A DNA stretch of 64,000 nucleotides, taken from the NCBI GenBank assembly GCA_951406725.2, contig OX597817.1:25668001-25732000 (forward strand). The letters run 5' to 3'. Positions within the stretch are counted from its first letter, which is position 1. The number at the start of each line of letters is the position of its first letter. The DNA is from Octopus vulgaris (Eukaryota). The notes under the pieces were generated by a model that saw only the letters and a program-made list of their open reading frames with translations, was not told the DNA's origin and did not search any database. Below, in pieces: positions 53,106 to 64,000 of this stretch. A program made the position numbers and the translations under genes.

Positions 53106-56065
53106 TCTGGAAATATTTCTTTAAAGAAAGGCATGAATCTCGCAGTATCCTAATTTTTCAGTGAATGTATCCTACTTTGATGTGAATATTCAAACAAAGC
53201 AAATCCATATTCTTCGAGATTGTGTTTAAAATCAATTTTATATCCATGGTAACAAGATAATTGAAATAAAGTTGGTTGAGTTGTTGAAGAGTTCTGACCA
53301 AATCTCACTCCAATAAATTCTCTACATTTTTTTCTTTCTGGATCTGAAGGGAAAAGTAGTTCACATAAAACTCTCTAAGAGAAACTGATGCCATTGACGT
53401 TCTGCTTAGACAGTTGCAATGTAACATTTGTAGGAAGGATATTCCTGCTGTCTAATATTCTGTGGAGGAAGGAGTGACCATGGTAGTTAATGTGAGGTTT
53501 AGGAGGTATATAGAAATGTTGTTGATGAGAAGAGACAAGTAAGTTGAAAGTGAGTTAGAAGTGCATTAGTAGAGAGAAATTGAGACTCTAGAAAATAGAG
53601 GTCATTATGATGATGGTGAAACATACAGAGACTGGAAACAACACACCTGTCTATCTTTGAAATAAAGCCACAGGTTTAAAGTCCTTTATTATCTTAAGAT
53701 AGCTTGTGCACTAAAACATCATGGGGATTTTTGCTATAATACTAAAACGTTTGTGCCATTTACCTTCATTTTGTATCATTACAGCTGTGAAATACATAAA
53801 CCTGTGATCTAACTTTATTCCTTTTTTTCCAAATCCTTCGCAATATGTTTTATCACAGATGAATCAAAACTCTGAAAATGAAATCTGATGAAGCTAAATT
53901 TCTCTCAGATCAGACCCTACCACATTAAAAATGAAAAAGTGCATTAAATAATATAAGCCAATAGACTTCGTAATGACATAGGAGACAGAAAATGGAATAA
54001 TAGTCGTTAACAAAAAGAATAAAAAGGTTTGAAAAGCTGTATAAGATAAAGAAATTTTCTAAAATATATAACGATAATGTGCATAAAATTTTGTGTAATT
54101 TTGCAACTCTCGATTTTTCTTCTTTCTTCAGACACTTTTTTAATCTCTTTCTCCCTCTCTCCTCTCTCCCTCTTTTTCTCTCTGAAAAGGAAAGTAGTCA
54201 TGTAGATGATCGAGAAAGAGAGATAGTGAAGTAAAGTTACTTACATACAAAGAGAGAGAAATAATATTTCATGTATGTGAATTCCGTTGCTGTGGAATGA
54301 AGTTGTCACAAAGGGAAAAAAGGAAGACGGTCTGTCATGAACTTGTAAGTAGAAAAAAATAACGAAAATGTATGACATAGCGTAACATTTAAAGATTCTT
54401 TGAGAAAATTTCTTCGGATTGACATGTTTTAATCATTAGAGATTATGAATCTGCGATTTCTTATTTTATTTTTCAAACTTGGTTTTCCCCAGACCTTACC
54501 CTTTTCTCAATTTTTTTTACATTTCATTTTGCTTTCTTTTAATTTTTAACTTTTAAGCACAGAATATTATGATAGTCTCCACTTCCCACCAAAAAAACTT
54601 TTTCATAATTTCTAATGTTTATGAAAGGCATACACTGTAAAATTAATGAAATTCCTTTTTTCTTTGAATGTATACATACAGAATAATCTACTAAATATGC
54701 ACGCAGTTCTCAGTTTTTTTCTGTCTTCTAACCGATGTTGGTAACCAACAATGGAATAAATTAACTTTTTCTTCTGATGATCTGGCGCTCTAAACCGATT
54801 ACACAATCGTCTATGAGATGATTACTGCATAGCATATTAGTATATGTTAGAGAAACACGTGTAAAGATAATAGAATTTATGTTATTGTAAAATATTTTAA
54901 CCTAATCTCCTGTTTTATTCTCTCGGGGACACACATATACACAAACACATACGTGTGTATGTACGTGTACATATATATGTGTGTGTGAGAGAGAGAGTTT
55001 GTGTGTGTGTAGGGTTAACAAGAAATAATTTCAGATTTTTAGTGTGAAATAAAATTTTTTCACACAACGAATGAGCTTTAATCAATCTCTACCTTCAAAT
55101 ACAATCGTAAGCGTAATTCCACACAGACCTTAGTAAATTAATCTGGCGCCTTAAAGACTAACAAACTTTTTTCTTCAGGCTGGAAAATTTTATCAAGATC
55201 ATTTCCCTATGATGAGGGAAATCTTTCTATCCACTCTTTACAGAAGAGCAATTTTCCATCCTCTTTTCCAAACATAAACTGGTAAACACGTTTACGGAGA
55301 GAGTTTACAGGCGTACACATTGGAAAAAAAAAACACTCTTTCACTTTTTTCAAATAGTATCTACCCCTTACCTAATAATAATTTCTGAAAATTATCTTTT
55401 CTTTATTCTTACTTCCCATAACCTCTATTCCTCCCTTCATTTTTTCTTCCTATCTTTTATCTATCCAGTTTTGCCCGTTCCTCTCTCCCCTCTTAACTTT
55501 GTTTTCTCTTTCCCCCTCCCTATTAATCTATACCTTCTCTTCTCTCAACCTATGAAGTTTATTTCCTGGTGTATATATGATAACCATGAAAGCCATTATA
55601 CCAAAGCGACATGACAAACTTAAATCACTGAAATTAAAAACTTTGACAGGTCAATTTAATAGATATATTTTTATTCACTTGAAAATTTAGAAACTAAGGA
55701 AACAGATTATTTTGAAAATAATGCTGCAATTGTAATGGAAATATAGTAAAACAGAATAGTCCCATACCTTCCGGATAAACTAGCATTTCTACGACGGATA
55801 AAAATACTACACAAACACACCTGCATTGAACCATGTGTCTGTCATATAACATAAAAATTCAAAATTTAAATAAAAGAATACTCCTCTATTGCAATTTCGA
55901 AGTTAGGAACCAAAAGTGGATCCATTCTTCTCGTCACAATTATACACTCTTTCAGGAAAAAAAATTTGATCGTGTGTTCTGGTCACTGATATATTCGTAA
56001 ATAATTTTGAATTGCTTACGATATTTCCTGCGAATTGCATTTTTACATTTAATCCTCTTTTATAG

Positions 56066-56099
<34 letters not shown>

Positions 56100-56499
56100 C
56101 CGCAATAATTATTGCTCTTATGAGATGTGACAGTTTCTCAAACCTTTAATTTAACCAATGTAAATTTACGTTTTAGTTTTGTTTAGTTAAAGCTTTGGGG
56201 TGTTATTTTCAAGTGTGATTTTCTAGATCTTCTATTCATCAGATATTCATACCGCATACAAAATATTCTGTATGAATCTCTGCTGATGTGAAGACCTAGA
56301 AAGTTACATATGACTAGGATTACATAATACAGCAATAAACTGTAAGGTGACAAATAATTTCAGAATTAACGCTCTAGTTTCGTTTTAATTTTCCTTTTCG
56401 CTGTGATCATTGTAATTATAGAAAATAGAAGAAAACCTGGACTATAACCGGTAGGTTAGTGTGAAGCATTTTCTTTTCGTGTATAAGGATTCACATGAA

Positions 56500-56625
56500 G
56501 TTTTAAATAATAGCTTTGACAGGAGGAAATCCAGTTTTTCTTTGAAAAAGTCTACATCCACGCCATGCAAATTTCTCAGACTTTGTGGGAGGATATTGAA
56601 GAGATGTGGGCCTTTTAAGCTCAAC
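56500..56625 (-). mobile_element. CR1/L2-like LINE C-terminal fragment
   Basis: KGPHLFNILPQSLRNLHGVDVDFFKEKLD matches the LINE C-terminal WNxLP...FK..LD pattern. Confidence 0.7.
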
Positions 56626-56637
56626 TACTATATTATG

Positions 56638-56890
56638 TGTGAGTGGATTTGGTAGACGTAGACAAATGAAAGAAGCTCGTCGCATATGTGTGTGTGTATG
56701 TGCATGCGTGTTTTTGCATCGGTGTTTGTCCCCACTACTTCTTGAAAATCGGTGTTGGTGTGTTTACGTCCCTGTAACTTAGCAGTTTCAAAAAGAGGTC
56801 GATAGAATAAGTACCAGGTCTTAAAAAATTCCTCAGGGTGGCACACCAGCATAACTGCAGTCTATTGACCGAAACAAGTAAAAGACAAAA
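56638..56890 (+). mobile_element. SINE A-like partial copy
   Basis: GTGAGTGGATTTGGTAGACG...GAAACAAGTAAAAGA. Confidence 0.75.
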
Positions 56891-56986
56891 GATAAATGTA
56901 TGTATGTATGTATGTATGTATGTATGTATGTATGTATGTATGTATGTATGCATGCATGCATGTATGTATGTACACATACAATATGA

Positions 56987-57410
56987 GTGGCTAATTCGCA
57001 ATATTACAACGTAAAGACAGAAATATATACACCACTAAAGTGAACAAGGGCATTAATCAGCGCCAGTACTGCTAGAAATAACAGTCAAAACAACTTAATA
57101 GACACAAAAAGCACTATCTTAATGAGCTGGCAAGGGAGACAAGCCCCACTACGGTCACAGAATTAGCTCACCAAGGATTTCGCATTCTGGTGCTTAATGC
57201 ATCTTAATGCAAACTCATCGGTGATCTAGCTCTATCTGCAACCGCAGGGAGCTTATCTCCTTAGCCAGCTCATTAAGATAGTGCTTTTTGTGGCTATTGA
57301 GTTGTTTTGACTCTTATTTCTAGCAATACTGGTACTGATTGGTCCCCTTGTTCACCTTAGTGACGTACATATTTCTGTCTTTACGTTGTAAAATTATTGG
57401 AATTAGTCAC
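56987..57410. mobile_element. Fold-back MITE (~200-bp arms, ~20-nt loop)
   Basis: CACAAAAAGCACTATCTTAATGAGCTGGC / GCCAGCTCATTAAGATAGTGCTTTTTGTG; TTACAACGTAAAGACAGAAATAT / ATATTTCTGTCTTTACGTTGTAA. Confidence 0.9.
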
Positions 57411-57924
57411 CTATATATTTATAGCTAAATCACAACTATGTATGCAATCGATTGGACCGCGTAGGTATATATCGCCCGTGAGGGTCTAATAGATTGTATC
57501 GAAAACAAATGCTGCTGATGATTTATAGATAAATATGTGAGTATAATTGCATATTATGTTGATAAAGAAAAAATTGTTCAGCATTAATTTATCTTTTCGT
57601 TGTATTTCGCTTTCCATACGTTGAAGGTAATGTTATTTCTTTTGTGGAAACAACTTCGTTGGCTATACCAGAATAAGGAGCTATTTCTAGCACTAGAGTT
57701 AACCACTTAACGGTAACTCTCTTATATTTACGTATAAATTTGTATTGTCTCCCTGTTTTTTTATGTGCTAGGCCACTAGGTGTTAAACTGATGGTATTAT
57801 TAAATTAATATCTAATTTTTCACCCTCATTTATGTATATATATGTATATATATATATACTGTACAAACATACATACATGATTCTCAATAAAGTGTAAATC
57901 ATAAGTGAAATAAACTTAAATATT

Positions 57925-58326
57925 AGGCGTAGGAGTGGCTGTGTGGTAAGTAGCTTGTTTACCAACCACATGGTTCCGGGTTCAATCCCACTGCGTGGCA
58001 CCTTGGGCAGGTGTCTTCTACTATAGCCTCGGGCCGACCAAAGCCTTGTGAGTGGATTTGGCAGACGGAAACTGAAAGAAGCCCGTCGTATATATGTATA
58101 TATATATGTGTGTGTGTGTTTATGTTTGTGTGTCTGTGTTTGTGCCCCCAACATCACTTGACAACCGATGCTGGTGTGTTTACGTCCCAGTAATTTACGG
58201 TTCGGCAAAAGAGACCGATAGAATAAGTACTAGGCTTACAAAGAATAGGTCCTGGGGTCGATTTGCTCGACTAAAGGCGGTGCTCCAGCATGGCCACAGT
58301 CAAATGACTGAAACAAGTATAAGAGT
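57925..58326 (+). mobile_element. SINE A
   Basis: Family match. Confidence 0.92.
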
Positions 58327-58432
58327 AACGAGTGTTACAAAACCTTCTGTTTGGATAAAATAAGAATTTAAACACGCATCAAAATATGCATGCATCCTTA
58401 TTTCACCCAAAGTGAGGATATAAGTACATCCA

Positions 58433-58501
<69 letters not shown>

Positions 58502-58803
58502 CTTTCTCTCTCTCTTTGTGTGTGTGTGTGTGTCTGTGTATGCACATGTATGCATGTGTGTGCGTGCTAGTAGAAATCTTTCATTGTTCAGCAATTTCTG
58601 TAAGTTAAGTGTCGTCTCTCGTTTTACTGTTCATTTTATGTAACTTTTTAATGGACTTGCCTTTCGTTATAGTTCATTGGACTCTGAACAGAAAGTAAAA
58701 TATTCTTGTGACATTTGTGATTGCTCTGTAATTAATTCATCCAAACACATGTATTCAAACACAGTTATTCACCCTTCAGGAACTGCAATTTATATATATA
58801 TAT

Positions 58804-59227
58804 AGGCGCAGGAGTGGCTGTGTGGTAAGTAGCTTGCTAACCAACCACATGGTTCCGGGTTCAGTCCCACTGCGTGGCATCTTGGGCAAGTGTCTTCTGC
58901 TATAGCCCCGGGCCGACCAATGCCTTGTGAGTGGATTTGGTAGACGGAAACTGAAAGAAGCCTGTCGTATATATGTATATATATATAAGTGTGTGTGTAT
59001 ATGTTTGTGTGTCTGTGTCTGTGTTTTTCCCCCTAGCATTGCTTGACAACCGATGCTGGTGTGTTTACGTCCCTGTCACTTAGCGGTTCGGCAAAAGAGG
59101 CCGATAGAATAAGTACTGGGCTTACAAAGAATAAGTCCCGGGGTCGATTTGCTCGACTAAAGGCGGTGCTCCAGCATGGCCGCAGTCAAATGACTGAAAC
59201 AAGTAAAAGAGTAAAGAGTAAAAGAGT
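58804..59227 (+). mobile_element. SINE A (young variant, near-consensus)
   Basis: GGCGCAGGAGTGGCTGTGTGG...GGGTTCAGTCCC...(GTAAAAGA)n. Confidence 0.93.
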
Positions 59228-59651
59228 ATATATATATATGTATTGTATTTGTTAGCCACTATAAATAATGTAGTTCTTCATACACAGACAGTATCTGAAT
59301 AACAGATGGGATAATTATGGTTAGAGTATCTTTATCAGAGAATTGCTTAATTAAAACTGATCTGAGGATAGATAACTGTAGCAAGAACAATAATCAGAAA
59401 CGTTTGCTTTCAAACAAATATCCCATTTGGTTCTGCCTAAGGTGTACAAAATTCTCACCACTGAAAATGCAGTGAACCAGTGGTTTGCCCATGGGAAGTC
59501 TATAAGCAACGATACTTTTGTTATCAAAATGCAAATGAACTTGGATAATTACTTTTAAATAAACTTAGTTACTTTTGAAAATACCTAATGCGATATAATT
59601 TATATCAGGAATCTGTTCGATACAAAATACAGCATTTTCTCAAAATATTAA

Positions 59652-60061
59652 GGATCTTTTCGGTTTGAACGGCAGTTTTTAAAAATAATTTCCACGTAGC
59701 TAAACACTTTTAAACTTCGTATACTGGTAGAATGTGTTTATAAAACATCTTTTCTCTGGGCTTTATTGAGAAAACTCTATAGTTTGTAAGATATTTGTTG
59801 TTTTTTTTCTTCAATTTCTGCAATTTCAACCAATCAGTGACATCTATTGAGGTAAAAAACATTCTGTGCTGTATGAATATGTCCCTCGTTTAAGAAACAG
59901 ATTGGGTTTATTTATATTTGTGAAGAAAAAAAGACACCCTTCCCCCACCCCTAACCCTAAAACAGATTGAAATGCAATAGATCGATACTAGGGTCATAAT
60001 TATGGGTGACAATTTCATATGACGTCGCTAGAAAAAACTGCCGTTCAAACCGAAAAGATCC
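59652..60061. mobile_element. GG-terminated MITE related to 29373-30253
   Basis: TIR GGATCTTTTCGGTTTGAACGGCAGTTTTT / AAAAACTGCCGTTCAAACCGAAAAGATCC; no clear TSD. Confidence 0.85.
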
Positions 60062-60235
60062 CTAAATAGTCATCTGTTGTACGATTTTCCAGTTAAATAT
60101 CATTTGCTCATGATGTTCATAGTGGGGTGTGTATGTGAGTAAGAAAGACAGAGAAAGAGAGAAGCAGACAGACTGAGAGAAAGAGAATATGTGTACACAC
60201 GCACAGCTCTTTTTATAACAGCATATACAATGTAT

Positions 60236-60571
60236 GTGGAGGCGGTTTCGATTCCCAGACCGGGCGTTGTGAGTGTTTATTGAGCGAAAACAACTAAAGC
60301 TCCACGAGACTCCGGCGGGGGATGGTGATGATCCCTGCTGTACTCTTTCGCCACAACTTTCTTTCACTCTTACTTCCTGTTTCTGTTGTACCTGTATTTC
60401 AAGGGGCCGGCCTTGTCACTCTCTGTGTCACGCTGGATATCCCCGAGAACTACGTTAAGGGTACACGTGTCTGTGGAGTGCTCAGCCACTTACACGTTAA
60501 TTTCACGAGCAGGCTGTTCCGTTGGTCGGATCAACCGGAACCCTCGTCGTCGGAACCGACGGAGTGCTTCC
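60236..60571 (+). mobile_element. SINE C with a deletion in the tRNA head
   Basis: GGAGGCG fused to GTTTCGATTCC through GCG microhomology; TSD ATACAATGTAT. Confidence 0.9.
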
Positions 60572-62610
60572 AAAAATACAATGTATATACACTAAGGTGT
60601 GATATCACCTATATTACTGAAAGACCGCAAAACATGGGATCAATTCTCAATGCCATACAGGTGCAAAGGCTTCTGAAAATTGGAGACTACCAGCAATATT
60701 TACCGGTCGCCAGTTTTCAAAGTTTACCACCAATCAGTAAGAGAAGAAACCCTACAGTTTTCAAAAGGTTATATGTTGAGAGCTCCTAGACACACATAAG
60801 ACCTTATCAAAATATTCCTTTCAGGAATGCTTGTTGTGAAATGGCTCCCGGCGTCTGCAAGCTACGTACTCCGGCCAATAGTTCAATTCACGACTTGGAC
60901 AAATAATATAGTTTAGTATAGATAGTCTATCGATTCAATTTCAAGCTTGTTGTCTGTGTTGCATTTACATTTATTAATGATTAAAGGTAACGTTTTTTTT
61001 AAAAAATGAATTTCTTCATCGTTTATTTAATCATTGATATTGTCATTCAGAAGGATTTCTGATGAAGACTACTTGAAGCAAGCACTGTGTAGATTTGTTA
61101 CTAATATCATAACAGTGGATTTGAAAGAAGTGTGATTTCGTGTCTTGGGTAGCAAAGAAACAATTGTAATAAAACGGTGTAACACGATTTTTGTCCTAAG
61201 GTAGCAACTGTTATTTTCTATTTGCCTAGCCTTAGAAAATATGAAAAATAGCTAATATTTCCTTCAAACTTTGCTTTTGCTACATTTATTCAAACCCCAA
61301 TGAATCCCTCTCAACATATGGCTATTATGCTCCCCCACGGCTCCTAGCTCATGAACAGTGATGCACATATTGTCAGTCATAATGCACATGCTCGAGTGGG
61401 TAAGGTCAAGCAACTAACAAGCAAATTTGTGGTATTGAGCAGAATATTTGCTATAATGATATTTCTGCATCAACAACTCAGTGGTGAATCAGTCTGAAAT
61501 GTAATGGAAAATAGGTCAATTTGAAAACACTGATGTTTAAGTCACAGAAGCAAAGTTTGAAGGGAGTAATAGTCATTTACTTTGATTTCGAGATAGAAGC
61601 AAATAGGAAATTACACTTACTGACTAAAGACAAAAACAAAAAATAAAAATTGTTTCAGTGTAATCCATGTCAATGATAAATTGAACAATTTTACTTACAA
61701 TTGATCACAGGGGCATATAATAAGTATGTTTGAATACTGAAGATCGTATTTGTCATATGAAAAGCAATTTCTTTTTTTAAATTACGTGAAAAAATCAAGA
61801 GTTTTCTTTACATCACATTCAACGTATTTGTAGCGGTAACAATTCATTTATTATGGCTTGAAACAGAAATATGTTATTGGGTATATATTTCTAAATTTAT
61901 AATAAATAATTCTAAACATATTAAATATTTGAAATATTCATAATATTTTGGTCGTCCCCAAAGCTCGGAAACAGTGAATTATTAAGTTGGCCGAAAGCAG
62001 TGTCGCCTATTCCCCACTGATTGTCATATATACATTAATGCAGAAAACTTTCGAATTTTTACTAATTTATTTGGTGATTTTTGCTACTGAATATCGTCCA
62101 TGTTATTGTATCATAAAAGGCCTTTTTACTACTTTGTATTATACGCTGTTATTTAGTGGTTAGGTTATTTATAACTTAGTGGACATTAAATCCAAGGTGT
62201 TCCAGGAATATCCAATGCAGTGTTGGTGCTTCGGCATTCATCGATCTAGAGCAAACCTAATATATATCCCCTTTCTCCAGCGCTATAGTGTGTACCACCA
62301 AGTAAAACTTTTCCCTTACTTTCTCCAGCAATTATCCTCTGTATTTTCTTTATAGTGTAAGAAGTAAGATCACACGCGGTCGTATCGTGCCGGGAATACG
62401 GTCGCATACGGCTCTACTCTTAACGAAATCATTACAAGCCATAAAATACATACAACGGCAATAGAACACAAGTGGGATGACAACGAGATTTCTTTTTGAG
62501 ATATATACATTATTTATTTTACATATTTTACAATCGTGTAAATGTTAAGAGTTCGTAAGTGTTAGCATGTTTTGTGTCTGTGTGTTCGTGAGGCATAAAA
62601 AGGTACTGAC

Positions 62611-62646
62611 CATAGGATTAACCACGGAACTCGGTTTACAGTTCAT
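62611..62646 (-). CDS. Candidate first coding exon (MNCKPSSVVNPM, phase-0 donor) of an unidentified gene
   Basis: AAACAACATG context, in-frame upstream stop, ATG|GTCAGT donor, ~650 nt downstream of a minus-strand TATA; protein not recognised. Confidence 0.35.
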
Positions 62647-63317
62647 GTTGTTTGCATCAGTATAGCACAGGTAGAAGCAGAAACAATCGCATATCTCTAA
62701 GTTGAGCAGCAGGCAGAAACAATCGCATATCTCTACGTTGAGCAGTAGGTGGTCTAAGTTAGTTCTTAGAAGAATTAGAACTCAAGACAGATAATTGATT
62801 TACCGTTTATGAGGTACACGGAGTGTAAGGGTTCCATATCAAGATGTTGCGTCTCGTAGTTGAGATTAATTGAATCACTTGTGTTTTATCTTTCTCTTGA
62901 TATGAATATACTTCCAGATATATTAACTGTAGCCGTTTTTCCCGTGGTGATATTTTCACCTAACCGCTATAGTTGAATCTGTAGTGTACAAATTAAACCT
63001 TAGTAGATAGAGACGATGTTTGGCGATGATGTCGTGTCTGTCGCTTGGTTTTTGCAGCGTCTTCATTATATATTCTGCTTGGTTATTTTTCTCTAGTTAT
63101 AGATATCCTGTAACCGTTCTTTTCGTGGTGATATTTTCACACTAACAGTATGAGAGGAATCTGTAACATCTTGTGTACAAGCTAAATCTTCGTGGATAGT
63201 TATGCTTGGTGATCGCCTGCCTTTCGAACTGGAACATGGCCGAGTATGCTCTGTGTGGTCAGAGGTTAGCCCTGAGAAGGACTAGAACCAAAGTCGGATA
63301 CTTGTCTGAGAACGCTT

Positions 63318-63470
63318 CTTTATATAAGGTTTATGTGGCTCAAAATGAACTTCAGAAATGGAAAGCTGTGATTGGCTGCTTGGAACAAATGGCGCGAAAA
63401 TAAGCGGATGCAAATCGCGTCACGTGACAACCAGCGGTGCGAACGTAGTAGAGACCACGTGTCAGCCAAT
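63318..63470 (-). promoter_or_regulatory. Pol II promoter motif cluster
   Basis: TATATAAAG (minus) 63318-63326; CCAAT (minus) 63371-63375; AAATGGCG (YY1-like) overlapping TTTTCGCGCC (E2F-like) 63387-63400; GTCACGTGAC 63419-63428; CACGTG 63456-63461; CCAAT 63466-63470; locally CpG-rich. Confidence 0.7.
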
Positions 63471-63884
63471 CGGATTAGTGTTTACAACAATGTTAAACTA
63501 GCCGAAGATGTTTGTAATCTCGAACGAGATTATTCTTAATACTCTTCTCAAACAGTGAAGATAGCAATGAGGGAAACGATATTGCTACAATAGTAACCGA
63601 AACGTGTAATTGAAAAATTACGAATTAAAAACAATAAAATTGAAAAGTAGTTAAAGTACAAATAGAAACTTTGAATTCAATTCCATAATTGTTTTCAAAT
63701 AAATTTTTGTTGACACAGCTTACGATGACCAAGACAATAAATGGCACAAATTTTAGATTTAAATATCAGACGCACATATATCTTTGTAGAATGCAAAAAT
63801 AATATTGATCAATATGTTAATTATATTGTAAATAATTGCTCAATATTCACGGTACAACTTGTTTAATACATTCGCGAAATGCTA

Positions 63885-63965
63885 TTTCCTTTCGAATGAG
63901 AGATTCCACCGTGTTGATACTGTTGAGGACTAAGAAGGCCAATACTTGCGAGAAGAACAAAGATG
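63885..63965 (+). other. Candidate first exon of a divergent plus-strand gene
   Basis: Pyrimidine TTTCCTTTC initiator-like tract, AAAGATG|GTAAGC donor, downstream GGGGCGGGG GC-box. Confidence 0.4.
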
Positions 63966-64000
63966 GTAAGCAAGCATCCGTGGGGGGCGGGGGCGTGATT

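Noticed and set aside
55768-55820. Possible exon 2 (VCLCSIFIRRRNASLSG) in phase with the 62611 donor
   Set aside because: Acceptor lacks a pyrimidine tract; cannot be supported without transcripts
562-59255. Recurrent ORFs such as ...RASFSFRLPNPLTRLWSARGYSRRHLPK... and ...[16 protein letters not shown]...
   Set aside because: Translations of SINE A copies in different frames, not a gene family
63206-63403. 65-aa plus-strand ORF
   Set aside because: Non-ATG start, overlaps promoter motifs, no recognisable domain

Overview
AT-rich, repeat-dominated eukaryotic DNA. The repeat families and microsatellite load look like Octopus (coleoid cephalopod); this is recognition from memory, not a search result. 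Nearly all ORFs in the track are artefacts of SINEs, microsatellites or decayed LINEs, and no intact multi-exon CDS can be supported. Contents: about 19 copies of a ~420-bp SINE with an internal microsatellite ('A'), about 10 copies of a ~230-bp SINE ('B'), other tRNA-derived SINEs, many RTE-LINE fragments with (GAT)n tails, CR1/L2 and Penelope relics, mariner, piggyBac-like and Merlin-like MITEs, two non-autonomous Helitrons and two long fold-back elements. There is also a three-level nest (mariner > gypsy LTR/gag > MITE) and a young 5 x 223-bp tandem array carrying splice signals. The right end holds a motif-dense promoter (TATA, CCAAT, E2F/YY1, two E-boxes), probably bidirectional, with a candidate minus-strand first exon led by chained stop/start uORFs. 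Best novelty candidate: a tRNA-headed SINE-like element at ~4.94-5.44 kb carrying a Penelope-type minimal hammerhead ribozyme.
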